Of a DNA stretch of 44,861 nt, positions 26,759 through 36,447 are shown piece by piece; position 1 is the first letter of the stretch, and each line of letters begins with the position of its first letter. A program made the translations under genes and the position numbers. Below the pieces are notes generated by a model. It was given only the letters and a program-made list of their open reading frames with translations, was not told where the DNA came from and ran no database searches. This DNA is from an uncultured Planctomycetaceae bacterium (GTDB lineage Bacteria; Planctomycetota; Planctomycetia; Pirellulales; UBA1268), in assembly GCA_963923225.1 (NCBI GenBank), contig CAWUOA010000001.1, positions 1-44,861 of the forward strand, in the 5' to 3' direction.

Positions 26759-28076
26759 TCGGCCGCGCGTGCTCGTCCCGATCGCCGAACCCATCGGCGG
26801 TCAGATGTCGGCCGTGGGAATCCGGCAGTCCGAGATCGGCAAGGCATTGTCGCCGCACTGCGACGTGACTTTCGCCGCCCGGGAGGCGGCCAACGACGAA
26901 GTCCCCGGGGTGCGAATCGTGCCCTGCAGGAGCCGGCGCGACTTCCGCGCGCTCCTCGACTCCCACGACGTCCTCTACACGCTCGGTCTCAATTCGGATC
27001 GGTTCCTCGACGTCGTCCGGTCGGGAATCCGCATCGTGCTCGACCTCTACACGCCCCAGGCGTTCGAGGTGATGGAATGCTGGCCGGAGGTGCCCGACGC
27101 GATCATGGAGCGGCACCACCGGCGGCTCGTCCGCTGGACGCTCGCCCAACTGGCGGTGGCCGACTACGTCGTCTGTACCACCGAGCCTCAGCTCGACCTG
27201 TGGCTGGGGATGATGAACGGCGCCGGCCTGCTCGGCGTCGGCCAATCCCGACGCGATCCGGCCTGGCGCGACCGGCTGGGGGTCGTGCCGATGGGGGTTC
27301 CGCAAACGCCCCCCCGCGCCGACGGCCATCCGCTCCGCGCGCGGCTGCCGGGAGTCGGGGCCGACGATTTCCTCCTCCTCTGGAGCAGCAATCTCCTCCC
27401 TTGGCAGGATCCGGTGACGCTCGTCGAGGCGATGGACCTGGTGCGCCGGCAGGACCCGGCCGTGCGCCTGGTGTTCCTGGGGATCGGCCAGCCCCGCGGT
27501 CCGGGCGGGTCGCTGTTCGACAACATGACGCTCCGCGCGCGGCAGGCCCGTGAGGCCTCCGACGCCCGCGGCCTCACCGATTCGACGGTGTTCTTCATCA
27601 CCGATCGCGTCCCTTACCGTGACATGGGCCCCCACCTCCTCGACGCGAACGCCGCGGTGTCGACCTATCCGGATTCCCTGGAAACGCGATGCTGCCTGGG
27701 AACCCGGCTCACCGATTACCTGTGGGCCGGACTTCCGATGGTGGTCAGCGGAGCCCGCATCCAGCATGATTTCATCGAGGGACAGGGACTGGGAAGGTGC
27801 GTACGGCCGGGCGACCCCGACGCCCTCGCCCGTGCGATCCTCGGAACCAAACGGGACGTGGAACAGGGGGCCATCGACCCCGCTGCCTTCGATCGGGCCC
27901 GCGAGCGGTTCGGCTGGTCCGCCGTGACGGAACCCTTGGTCCGGTGGCTGGCTGCACGAGTCCGACGTGGGGACCGGGCCCGGCGCGACGTCGTGGGGGC
28001 AGCGGGTTCACTCGCCGAGTTCTGGTTCCGCAGCCTCGACTTCCGGCTGGCTTCGCGATGGCACGGCGTCCGGTAA
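26751..28076 (+). CDS. GT-B fold (GT1/GT4-like) glycosyltransferase
   Basis: GTG 26751 overlaps the upstream stop by 8 nt. The C-terminal half has the GT1 pattern (FLLLWSSNLLPWQDP..., ETRCCLGTRLTDYLWAGLPMVV EX7E-like). Confidence 0.72.
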   Translation: MTDRPRVLVPIAEPIGGQMSAVGIRQSEIGKALSPHCDVTFAAREAANDEVPGVRIVPCRSRRDFRALLDSHDVLYTLGLNSDRFLDVVRSGIRIVLDLYTPQAFEVMECWPEVPDAIMERHHRRLVRWTLAQLAVADYVVCTTEPQLDLWLGMMNGAGLLGVGQSRRDPAWRDRLGVVPMGVPQTPPRADGHPLRARLPGVGADDFLLLWSSNLLPWQDPVTLVEAMDLVRRQDPAVRLVFLGIGQPRGPGGSLFDNMTLRARQAREASDARGLTDSTVFFITDRVPYRDMGPHLLDANAAVSTYPDSLETRCCLGTRLTDYLWAGLPMVVSGARIQHDFIEGQGLGRCVRPGDPDALARAILGTKRDVEQGAIDPAAFDRARERFGWSAVTEPLVRWLAARVRRGDRARRDVVGAAGSLAEFWFRSLDFRLASRWHGVR

Positions 28077-28125
28077 CCGTTCACACGACACACGACGTTT
28101 TTTGCACTTCCAGGAAAGACTACCA

Positions 28126-29127
28126 ATGACGACGAAGAGTCTGGTCACCGGCGGCGCGGGGTTCATGGGATCGCACGTGGCGAAGCTCTGTCTCGAGCGC
28201 GGCCACGACGTCGTGGTGCTCGACGACTTGAGCGGCGGCTTCGCCGAGAACGTGCCCACGGGAGCCACCTTCGTGGAAGGGTCGATCAACGACTCACCCC
28301 TCGTCGACCGCCTCTTCGCCGAGCACCGCTTCGACTACGTGTACCACCTCGCCGCCTACGCGGCGGAGGGGCTCTCCCATTTCATCCGCTGCTACAACTA
28401 CCGCAACAACCTCATCGGCTCGATGAACCTCGTCAACGCCTCGCTCAACGTCGGCACGGTGAAACGGTTCGTGTTCACCAGTTCGATCGCGGTCTACGGC
28501 GCCGGCCAGACGCCGATGTCGGAGGAGACGACACCGACGCCGGAGGATCCCTACGGCGTGGCGAAGTACGCCGTCGAACTCGACCTCCATGCCGCCCACC
28601 ACATGTTCGGCCTCGATTACACCGTCTTCCGCCCGCACAACGTCTACGGCGAGAACCAGAACATCGGCGATCGCTACCGCAACGTCGTGGGGATCTTCAT
28701 GAACAACGTCATGCAGGGACAGCCGATGCCGGTGTTCGGCGACGGCCTGCAGACGCGTGCCTTCACCCATATCGACGACGTCGCACCGCACATCGTCGAC
28801 TGCGTCGACAATCCCGCCGCCCGCAATACGGTCTTCAACGTGGGGAGCGAGTCGCCGCGCACCGTGCTCGACGTCGCCAAGGCGGTGGCGGCCGCCTTCG
28901 GTGTGCCGGCTCAGGTCACGCACCTCGCCCCGCGGAACGAGGTCGTCCACGCCTTCTCCTCGAGCGCCCGCTCGGAGCGCGTCTTCGGCAAGCACCGGAC
29001 CATCGAACTCGAGGAGGGAATCGAGCGAATGGCGGCCTGGGCGAAGAAGCACGGACCGCGGAAGACGTCCACGTTCGCGGGCATCGAGGTCGAGCGGAAT
29101 CTCCCCGCCTCCTGGCGAACGACTTGA
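28126..29127 (+). CDS. NAD-dependent nucleotide-sugar epimerase/dehydratase (extended SDR)
   Basis: ATG 28126. VTGGAGFMGSH (GxxGxxG) and the catalytic YGVAKY (YxxxK). The length and the C-terminal substrate domain are typical of UDP-hexose / UDP-uronate 4-epimerases. Confidence 0.9.
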   Translation: MTTKSLVTGGAGFMGSHVAKLCLERGHDVVVLDDLSGGFAENVPTGATFVEGSINDSPLVDRLFAEHRFDYVYHLAAYAAEGLSHFIRCYNYRNNLIGSMNLVNASLNVGTVKRFVFTSSIAVYGAGQTPMSEETTPTPEDPYGVAKYAVELDLHAAHHMFGLDYTVFRPHNVYGENQNIGDRYRNVVGIFMNNVMQGQPMPVFGDGLQTRAFTHIDDVAPHIVDCVDNPAARNTVFNVGSESPRTVLDVAKAVAAAFGVPAQVTHLAPRNEVVHAFSSSARSERVFGKHRTIELEEGIERMAAWAKKHGPRKTSTFAGIEVERNLPASWRTT

Positions 29128-29159
29128 GCCGTCAACTCCCAGCAAGGCCGCGTTTCGCC

Positions 29160-30152
29160 ATGACGAATCAGCCTCCACGCCGACCCACGGTCTACGTCGT
29201 CATCGTCGGCTACAACGAGAAACACCTCATCGAGGCCTGTTTCCAGTCGTTCCGGCAGGTCGACTACACGCCGCTGCGGATCGTCTACGTCGACAACGCG
29301 TCGACGGACGGATCGCTCCCGTGGGCGAAAGCCGAGTTCCCGGAAGTGATCTCGATGTCTTCCGGGGGCAATCTCGGCTATTGCGGCGGGAACAACGCCG
29401 GAATCCGCAAGGCGCTTGAGGACGGAGCCGATTTCGTCCTGATCCTCAACCCGGACACGGTCGTCTGCAATCCCGCGTTCATCGGCACGCTCGTCGATTA
29501 CATGCTGGCGCGGCCATCGGTGGGCAAGGTCGGGCCGATGGTGTGGCTCCGGAACAAGGGGGACGTCCAGAACACGATCCTCGATTGGCCGAGTCTTTTC
29601 GGAAGTGCGAGCTCCTACGTGGCGACGGCGCTCGGCCGAACCCCACCCCGGAAAAGCGAGGCGGCGAAGGAACCCGTCCGTGTGCCGTCCCTCAACGGAT
29701 GCTGCCTCCTCGTTCGGAAGGAGGCGATTCTCGACGTCGGCCTCTACGACGAAGGGTTCTGGTGTTACATGGACGAGGTCGACTGGGACTGGCAGGCCGA
29801 GCGGAAAGGCTGGGAACGTCATTACGTGCCCGTGGAGAGCATCCTGCACCTGCAGAAGATCTCGGGTTACGACTTCACCAGCCGGGCCAACCATCTGATG
29901 AAACGCAACACCGCCATCTGGTACGCGAAGACCGGTCGGTCGGTGTCGATGTTCGCCTGGATGGCCATCACCATGGCGATCGCGCTGGCACGGACGATCA
30001 CGGCGCCCTTCTGCGGCCGATCCATGAAGCAGTACGCGTCCTTCGTGGGAAAACTCGCCACCTCCTACCGTGGCGTGTGCTCGGATTGGGCGGCGGGACG
30101 ATACCGCGAACATCCACGCGCGAATCTGCCCGGCGCGGAGACGACGTCATGA
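29160..30152 (+). CDS. family-2 glycosyltransferase (paralog of 25760-26758)
   Basis: YVVIVGYNE...YVDNASTDGS...NLGYCGGNNAG...DFVLILNPD. TTG 29124 is an alternative start. Confidence 0.88.
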   Translation: MTNQPPRRPTVYVVIVGYNEKHLIEACFQSFRQVDYTPLRIVYVDNASTDGSLPWAKAEFPEVISMSSGGNLGYCGGNNAGIRKALEDGADFVLILNPDTVVCNPAFIGTLVDYMLARPSVGKVGPMVWLRNKGDVQNTILDWPSLFGSASSYVATALGRTPPRKSEAAKEPVRVPSLNGCCLLVRKEAILDVGLYDEGFWCYMDEVDWDWQAERKGWERHYVPVESILHLQKISGYDFTSRANHLMKRNTAIWYAKTGRSVSMFAWMAITMAIALARTITAPFCGRSMKQYASFVGKLATSYRGVCSDWAAGRYREHPRANLPGAETTS

Positions 30153-31369
30153 CGGGCGGAACGGCCGGGCGTGACGGAGCCCGGGGCGGCGGGAAGACTC
30201 TCGACATCGGGGTGATCACCCCGATCCCCACGCCGTACAGGGACCCGTTCTGGGACGCGGTGGCGTCGGTTCCCGGTACGTCCCTCCACGTCTACTACTG
30301 CGCCTCGGTCACCGCGGACCGCCCCTGGAAGGCGGCCTGGGAGAAGCGGTTCAGTTCCGAGGTGCTCCCTGGCACCAACGTGATGGCGGCGTTCCCGTCG
30401 CAGGGGTTCTCCTATTGGAATCCCCTCATCCGCCGACGACTCGACGAGGCCTCGCACGACGCGCTGATCATCGGCGGATACAACTACCCCACGATGATCG
30501 CGGCGATGGCGCACGCCCGCCGGAGACGGATCCCCTATTTCCTGATGAGCGAGTCGCATCTCAGCGAACCGCGAGCGTCGTGGCGGCGAGTGATCAAGTA
30601 CCCGCTCGTCCGATCGGTGGTGAAGGGGGCCGCCGGGTGCTTTCCGACCGGCACCTGGGCACGCGAATACCTGCTCGCGTACGGGGCGAATCCCGACAGG
30701 ATGTGGGCCCTGCCCAACGTGCCCGACGTGGAGGCGCTCCACTCACGAAGCGTGGAGTTGGATGGCGAGCGGGATTCCCTGCGGCGGAGACTGGGAGTCG
30801 GTGACGACCCTGTCGTGCTGTTCGTCGGGAGGCTCGTGCCGTTCAAACGGGTCGATCTCCTGGTCAACGCCTTCGCCAAGGTGGCGAAGTCCCACCGCGC
30901 GCGGCTGATCATCATCGGCGACGGCGTGGAGCGCCCCGCGCTGGAAGCGATGGCCGAGTCGTCGGGGATCGCCGACCGAGTCGAGTTCCGAGGCTTCGTC
31001 GAACCGTCCGAAATCGCCGGGTGGTACGCCATCGCCGACATGGTGGCGCTGCCCTCCGTGGGGGAGACGTGGAGCGTCGCCCTCCTCGAGGCCCTCGCGT
31101 CCGGCGTCCATGTCGTGACGACGGACACCGTCGGCGCCGCCGCCGACGCGGTCAACGATCCCGCCGTGGGTACGATCGTGCCCTCGGGCGACACCGACGC
31201 ATTCGCGGCGGCGATCGCCGCTCGACTCGACCATCCCGTCGACAGAACCGCCGTCCGGGAAACATGGGCGCCGGTGCGCGAGGGCTTCCGTTACGACGTC
31301 ATCGCCCGACGCACCGTCGCGGCCATTCGCGACACCGTGCACGGGAGCGGCTCGCGGCATGGCAGATGA
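30149..31369 (+). CDS. GT1/GT4-family glycosyltransferase
   Basis: ATG 30149 overlaps the upstream stop (ATGA). VVLFVGRLVPFKRVDLL..., FRGFV..., ALPSVGETWSVALLEALASGVHVV (EX7E). Confidence 0.85.
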   Translation: MTGGTAGRDGARGGGKTLDIGVITPIPTPYRDPFWDAVASVPGTSLHVYYCASVTADRPWKAAWEKRFSSEVLPGTNVMAAFPSQGFSYWNPLIRRRLDEASHDALIIGGYNYPTMIAAMAHARRRRIPYFLMSESHLSEPRASWRRVIKYPLVRSVVKGAAGCFPTGTWAREYLLAYGANPDRMWALPNVPDVEALHSRSVELDGERDSLRRRLGVGDDPVVLFVGRLVPFKRVDLLVNAFAKVAKSHRARLIIIGDGVERPALEAMAESSGIADRVEFRGFVEPSEIAGWYAIADMVALPSVGETWSVALLEALASGVHVVTTDTVGAAADAVNDPAVGTIVPSGDTDAFAAAIAARLDHPVDRTAVRETWAPVREGFRYDVIARRTVAAIRDTVHGSGSRHGR

Positions 31370-32594
31370 ACGGGGGACACGACCGCGGATCCTGGTTTTC
31401 GCCACCCACTACCTCCCCGCGTGCAAGGCCGGAGGACCGGTCCAGTCGATCCACAACCTCGTCGAGACGCTCGGCGACGAGTTCGACTTCCACGTGGTCA
31501 CGTCGGATCGCGATCTCGGCGATTCTTCTCCGTACTCCGACGTGCCTCTCGATCGCTGGACCGAGGTGGGAAAGGCACGCGTCTTCTACGGGACGCGCCG
31601 TGCGCTCGGCCTCTCCGGACTCTCGCGATTCTTCCGGGACATCCGCCCCGACGTCGTCTATCTGAACAGCTACTTCAGCCGGACCTTCTCCATCCTGCCT
31701 CTCCTGGCGAGACGAGCGGGGTTCGAGGGAACCCGTTGTGGCTGGGTGATCGCCCCACGCGGAGAGTTTTCCGCCGGTGCCCTGGCGATCAAGTCACGAC
31801 GCAAGCACGCCTTCGGACGTTTCGCCGATGCGTTCGGACTCCACGCAGGACTTTTCTGGCAGGGCTGCAGCACGCTCGAGGCGGACGACATCCGGCGTCA
31901 ACGCTCCGGCCGCGGCGAGTCGATCGTCGTCGCACCGAACCTCACCCAGCAGGTCGGCGGATACCTGCCGCCGACGTCGCTGGCCACTCCCCCGCCGCCG
32001 CTGGAGATCTGTTTTCTTTCCCGCGTCTCCCCCAAGAAGAACCTCGACTTCGCGATCGAAGCACTGGCGAGGGTTCGCGTTCCGGTGCGCTTCCACGTGT
32101 ACGGACCGAAGGAAGACGCCCGCTATGCCGCCTCCTGCGAACTTTCCGCTTCACGTTGCCCGGGGAACGTGGAGGTCGTGTGGCACGGCGAGATTCCCCA
32201 TGACCGCGTGCAGTCCACCTTGCGCCAGCACCATTTGTTCCTGTTCCCGACCCGGGGCGAGAATTTCGGCCACGTGATCTTCGAGTCTTTCGCCGCCGGG
32301 GTGCCGGCGCTGATCAGCGACCGCACGCCGTGGCTGGACCTGGATGATCGACGGGTCGGTTGGGTGCGGTCACTCGACGACGTCCAGGGCTTCGTCGACG
32401 TGATCGAATCCTGTGCCGGCATGTCCGGACCCGATCGGGAAGCGATGTCCCGGGCGGCCCACGATTACGCCGGGGCCTTCGTCCGGAACTCCACCGCCGT
32501 CACCGCCACCCGCTCCCTCTTTCGGGAGGCGGCGACGACGGGCCGCCGAAGCCCCACTCCCACGTCCCCTCAACCCACCGCCCACTCCCGATGA
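31359..32594 (+). CDS. GT1/GT4-family glycosyltransferase
   Basis: 411 aa. RILVFATHYLPACKAGGPVQS..., ICFLSRVSPKKNLD..., FPTRGENFGHVIFESFAAGVPALI (EX7E). It overlaps the upstream gene by 11 nt. Confidence 0.85.
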   Translation: MADERGTRPRILVFATHYLPACKAGGPVQSIHNLVETLGDEFDFHVVTSDRDLGDSSPYSDVPLDRWTEVGKARVFYGTRRALGLSGLSRFFRDIRPDVVYLNSYFSRTFSILPLLARRAGFEGTRCGWVIAPRGEFSAGALAIKSRRKHAFGRFADAFGLHAGLFWQGCSTLEADDIRRQRSGRGESIVVAPNLTQQVGGYLPPTSLATPPPPLEICFLSRVSPKKNLDFAIEALARVRVPVRFHVYGPKEDARYAASCELSASRCPGNVEVVWHGEIPHDRVQSTLRQHHLFLFPTRGENFGHVIFESFAAGVPALISDRTPWLDLDDRRVGWVRSLDDVQGFVDVIESCAGMSGPDREAMSRAAHDYAGAFVRNSTAVTATRSLFREAATTGRRSPTPTSPQPTAHSR

Positions 32595-34747
32595 AACAAA
32601 TCATCCAGTCCTATCGCACCGGCGAACTGTGGCTCGCGGACGTCCCCGGCCCGGCGCTCAAGTCGGGGGGGGTGGTCGTGCAGACCGCCGCCAGCCTCGT
32701 GTCGGCCGGAACCGAGCGCATGATCGTGGAGCTCGCGAAGAAGTCGCTGATCGGCAAGGCGCAGGCGCGGCCGGATCTGGTGCGGAAGGTGATCGACAAG
32801 ATCCGCACCGAAGGCCTCGCGCCGACGATGACGAAGGTCTTCGCCAAGCTCGACACGCCGATCCCGCTCGGCTATTCCTGCGCGGGGACCGTGGTGGAGG
32901 CGGGCGAGCGCTCGGGATTCCGGGCGGGGGACCGTGTCGCCTGCGCCGGCGCCGGGTACGCCACGCACGCCGAGTTCAACTTCGTCCCGCGGAATCTCTG
33001 CGTCCGCCTCCCCGACCGGGTGAGCTTCGCCGACGCCAGCTACGCGACGCTCGGCTCGATCGCGCTGCAGGGGGTGCGGCAGGCCGATCTGCGACTGGGC
33101 GAAAGCGTCGCCGTGATCGGCCTGGGGCTCCTCGGGCTGCTCACCGTGCAACTGCTCAAGGCCTCCGGATGCCGGGTGATCGGCGCCGACCCCTCCCCGG
33201 CCCGCTGCGAGCTGGCACGGCGTCTCGGCGCCGACGAGACGGTGGACGGCGGCCTGGCCGAGGCGGCGGCGTCTTTCACCGACGGCCACGGCGTCGACGC
33301 CGTGATCGTGGCGGCGGCGACGAAGTCGAACGAACCGATCGAGGTCGCGGCCGAGGCCTGCCGGCCGAAGGGACGCGTGGTGGTGGTGGGGATGGTGGGC
33401 ATGGACGTCCCGCGTGATCCCTTCTACCGCAAGGAGCTCGACCTTCGTCTCAGCATGTCGTACGGGCCGGGCCGGTACGACCCCGCCTACGAGGAAGGGG
33501 GGCACGACTATCCCTACGCCTACGTCCGCTGGACGGAGCAACGGAACATCGGCGCGTTCGTCGATCTGGTGGCGGCCGGGGCCGTCACCCCCGCCGCCCT
33601 CACCACCCATCACTTCGCCGTCGACGACGCACTCCGCGCCTACGATCTCCTCGAGGGGAAGACGAAGGAGCCCTACCTCGGCATCGTCATCGACTATCCC
33701 CAGCCGGCGGCGCCGGCTCCTCCCCGGCGCCTCGTGGAACTCCCCTCGACGCGGCCCGCGGCGGCCGGCAAGCTCGGCGTGGGCTTCATCGGAGCCGGCA
33801 ACTTCGCCAAGAGCGTGCTGCTCCCGGCGCTGGCACGGCAGGCCGACGTCGTCCTCACCGGCCTCTGCACCGCCACCGGCATGAGCGCCGTCGAGACCGG
33901 AAAGCGGCACGGTTTCCGCTTCGCCACCACGAGCGTCGACGAGCTCCTGGCCGACGCACAGACGCAGGTGGTGTTCGTGGCGACGCAGCACCATACCCAC
34001 GCCGGGTTCGTCCTCCGGGCTCTCGAGGCGGGCAAGCACGTGTTCGTGGAGAAGCCCCTGTGCATGTCGCCGGAGGAGCTCGACCGGATCGAGGAGGCGG
34101 TGCGTTCGTTGCCGCGGCCCGGTCCCTGCCTGACCGTCGGCTTCAATCGACGCTTCTCCCCCCACGCCCGTGCCATCCGCGCGGCCTTCGCCGGCCGTTC
34201 CACCCCGCTGGTGGTCAACTACCGGGTCAACGCAGGGATGGCGCCGAGCGATTCCTGGGTCCAGGACCCGGAGCGTGGCGGCGGCCGGGTGATCGGCGAG
34301 GTGTGCCACTTCGTCGACCTGGCCGAGTACCTCGTCGGGAGCGAGCCTGTCGCCGTGTCGGCCTCGTCGGTGCGGACGGCGGACCGACGCGCCGTGTCGG
34401 AGGATTCCCTCGTCGCCACCCTCTGCTATGCCGACGGGTCGCTGGCCACGATCCAGTACCTGGCCCACGGCTCGGCCCAGGTGCCCAAGGAGCGTGGCGA
34501 GGTGTGCGCCGACGGCGTGACCGCGGTCCTCGACAACTACCGCGCCACGACGTTCCACGGCGGGGGGCACGCGGCGGTGAAGGGCTCGCAGGACAAGGGC
34601 TTCGACGCCGAGATCGCCGCCCTCCTGGGAGCGGTGCGGGGGGGTGGAGAATGGCCGATCCCGTTCGACTCCCTGTCGCGAACCACCCGCGCTACCTTCG
34701 GGATCCTCGAGTCGCTCCGAGACGGCCGGTCGGTCGCGATTCGATGA
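32591..34747 (+). CDS. bi-domain oxidoreductase: an N-terminal MDR/zinc-ADH-like domain fused to a C-terminal Gfo/Idh/MocA domain
   Basis: ATG 32591 (ATGA overlap). The N-terminal half has the GroES-like/Rossmann pattern (VAVIGLGLLGLLTVQLLKASG). The C-terminal half has GVGFIGAGNFAKS and HVFVEKPL (EKP motif). Confidence 0.85.
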   Translation: MKQIIQSYRTGELWLADVPGPALKSGGVVVQTAASLVSAGTERMIVELAKKSLIGKAQARPDLVRKVIDKIRTEGLAPTMTKVFAKLDTPIPLGYSCAGTVVEAGERSGFRAGDRVACAGAGYATHAEFNFVPRNLCVRLPDRVSFADASYATLGSIALQGVRQADLRLGESVAVIGLGLLGLLTVQLLKASGCRVIGADPSPARCELARRLGADETVDGGLAEAAASFTDGHGVDAVIVAAATKSNEPIEVAAEACRPKGRVVVVGMVGMDVPRDPFYRKELDLRLSMSYGPGRYDPAYEEGGHDYPYAYVRWTEQRNIGAFVDLVAAGAVTPAALTTHHFAVDDALRAYDLLEGKTKEPYLGIVIDYPQPAAPAPPRRLVELPSTRPAAAGKLGVGFIGAGNFAKSVLLPALARQADVVLTGLCTATGMSAVETGKRHGFRFATTSVDELLADAQTQVVFVATQHHTHAGFVLRALEAGKHVFVEKPLCMSPEELDRIEEAVRSLPRPGPCLTVGFNRRFSPHARAIRAAFAGRSTPLVVNYRVNAGMAPSDSWVQDPERGGGRVIGEVCHFVDLAEYLVGSEPVAVSASSVRTADRRAVSEDSLVATLCYADGSLATIQYLAHGSAQVPKERGEVCADGVTAVLDNYRATTFHGGGHAAVKGSQDKGFDAEIAALLGAVRGGGEWPIPFDSLSRTTRATFGILESLRDGRSVAIR

Positions 34748-36447
34748 AGGTCGGCAGGCTCCTGCGCACGCTCCGCCACCTCCGCGGCGGACAGTTGCTC
34801 GCCCAGTTCCTCGAGCGCGCCCGGCCCGGTGCCCGTGATCCCTCCTGGGTGGCCGGCCGCCGTCCCCCGCCCGTGCCGTCGCTGCGTCTGCAGCCGGTCG
34901 CCGACTGGCTCCTCCCCGATCCGCAGGCCAATACCGCGGAAGCCCTGCGGGAGGGACGCTTCACCTTCGTCGGCGACGAGCGCCGGATCGGCTGGCCACC
35001 CGACTGGAACCCCGCCGGGGCGCCGTTGCTTTGGCGCTACAACCTCCATTATCTCGAGTGGATTCACGCCCTCCCGCCCCGGGAACGGCTGGAGGCGGCC
35101 CTCGACTGGGAGCGGCGGCACCCGCCGGCCGCCGGGGCCGTCGGCTGGGCCCCCTACCCGACGTCGCTGCGTCTGCCGACGCTCTGCCTCCTCGCGGCGG
35201 CCTCCCGGGACGTCGCGGCGCTGTGGCCCACGATCTGGCGGCAGGCGGAGCACCTCTCCCGGCGGCTCGAGTACCACCTCCTCGGCAACCATCTCCTCGA
35301 GAACGGCCTGGCGCTCGCTTTCACCGGCGCCTGCTTCGACGGCCCCGACGCGCGGCGTTGGCTGGCCACCGGCCTGGGCATCCTCCGCGAACAATTGCCC
35401 GAGCAGGTCCTCGCCGACGGCATGCATTTCGAGCGCTCGCCGATGTACCAGATCCGGCTCACGCACGCCCTGGCGCTGCTGGCCAACACCGGCCACCCCG
35501 AGGCGCGGGCCCTCGTCGCCGAACCGCTGGCGCGCATGCGTTCGGCGCTCATGGCGACCTGCCACCCCGACGGCGGGATCGCGCTGTTCAACGACGCCGC
35601 GTTCGGCATCTACCCCGAGCCGGCGGCCGTGTCGGCCTTCGTCTCGGCGACGCTCGGGACCGCCGCCGACCCCGAGCCCCCCGCGTCGCTCCCCGAGGCG
35701 GGCTACCACGTCGGCCGCGGGCCGGCCGGCGACATGGTGATCTGCGACTCCGGACCGCTCGGCCCCGACTACCTTCCCGGCCACGCCCACGGCGACATCT
35801 TCTCGTACGAACTCTCCCTGGGCGGCCAGCGCGTCGTCGTCGATGCCGGGACGCACGACTACGTCCCGTCCGAGATGCGCCGCTACTGCCGTTCGACCGC
35901 GGCCCACAACACGCTGACGGTCGGGGACGCGGACCAGGCGGAGTTCTGGGGGGCGTTCCGCGTCGGCCGTCGCGGCAGGCCGCACGACGTCCGCCGCGTG
36001 CCCGAGGCCGACGGCTTCGCCCTCTCCGGGTGGCACGACGGATTCCGTCACCTTCCTGGCAGGCCGGTCCACCGTCGCACCTTCCGCTGGCACTCCGCGG
36101 GTACGCTGGCCGTGGTCGATGAAGTGACCTCCGGCGTGGCCGTGACGGCCGCGTCCCGCATCCATCTCCACCCGGCATGCACGATCGAGGGCGTCGACGG
36201 GATGATCCTCCGGGCGGTCCGCGACGGCGTGCCCTTCACCGTGACGGTCACGGAGGGACCGGCGCCGCGGATCGAAGAGGGCTGGTACTGCCCCCGGTTC
36301 GGCACACGCCAGCGCAATTCCGTCGTGGTGCTCGAATCGACCGGCACCGTCGTCCGCTTCGGCTACACGATCTCCCGCATCCATGACGCCGACCGCCCCC
36401 GTGACGCCGGATCCCCACGCCCGAAGGGACGAACCGATGACGCGTGA
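34744..36447 (+). CDS. heparinase II/III-like (polysaccharide-lyase fold) protein
   Basis: ATG 34744 (ATGA overlap). The N-terminal alpha/alpha-toroid-like region (NLHYLEWI, HLLGNHLLENG) and the C-terminal GHAHGDIFSYELSLGGQRVVVDAGT...AHNT motif are typical of the heparinase II/III family. Confidence 0.8.
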   Translation: MKVGRLLRTLRHLRGGQLLAQFLERARPGARDPSWVAGRRPPPVPSLRLQPVADWLLPDPQANTAEALREGRFTFVGDERRIGWPPDWNPAGAPLLWRYNLHYLEWIHALPPRERLEAALDWERRHPPAAGAVGWAPYPTSLRLPTLCLLAAASRDVAALWPTIWRQAEHLSRRLEYHLLGNHLLENGLALAFTGACFDGPDARRWLATGLGILREQLPEQVLADGMHFERSPMYQIRLTHALALLANTGHPEARALVAEPLARMRSALMATCHPDGGIALFNDAAFGIYPEPAAVSAFVSATLGTAADPEPPASLPEAGYHVGRGPAGDMVICDSGPLGPDYLPGHAHGDIFSYELSLGGQRVVVDAGTHDYVPSEMRRYCRSTAAHNTLTVGDADQAEFWGAFRVGRRGRPHDVRRVPEADGFALSGWHDGFRHLPGRPVHRRTFRWHSAGTLAVVDEVTSGVAVTAASRIHLHPACTIEGVDGMILRAVRDGVPFTVTVTEGPAPRIEEGWYCPRFGTRQRNSVVVLESTGTVVRFGYTISRIHDADRPRDAGSPRPKGRTDDA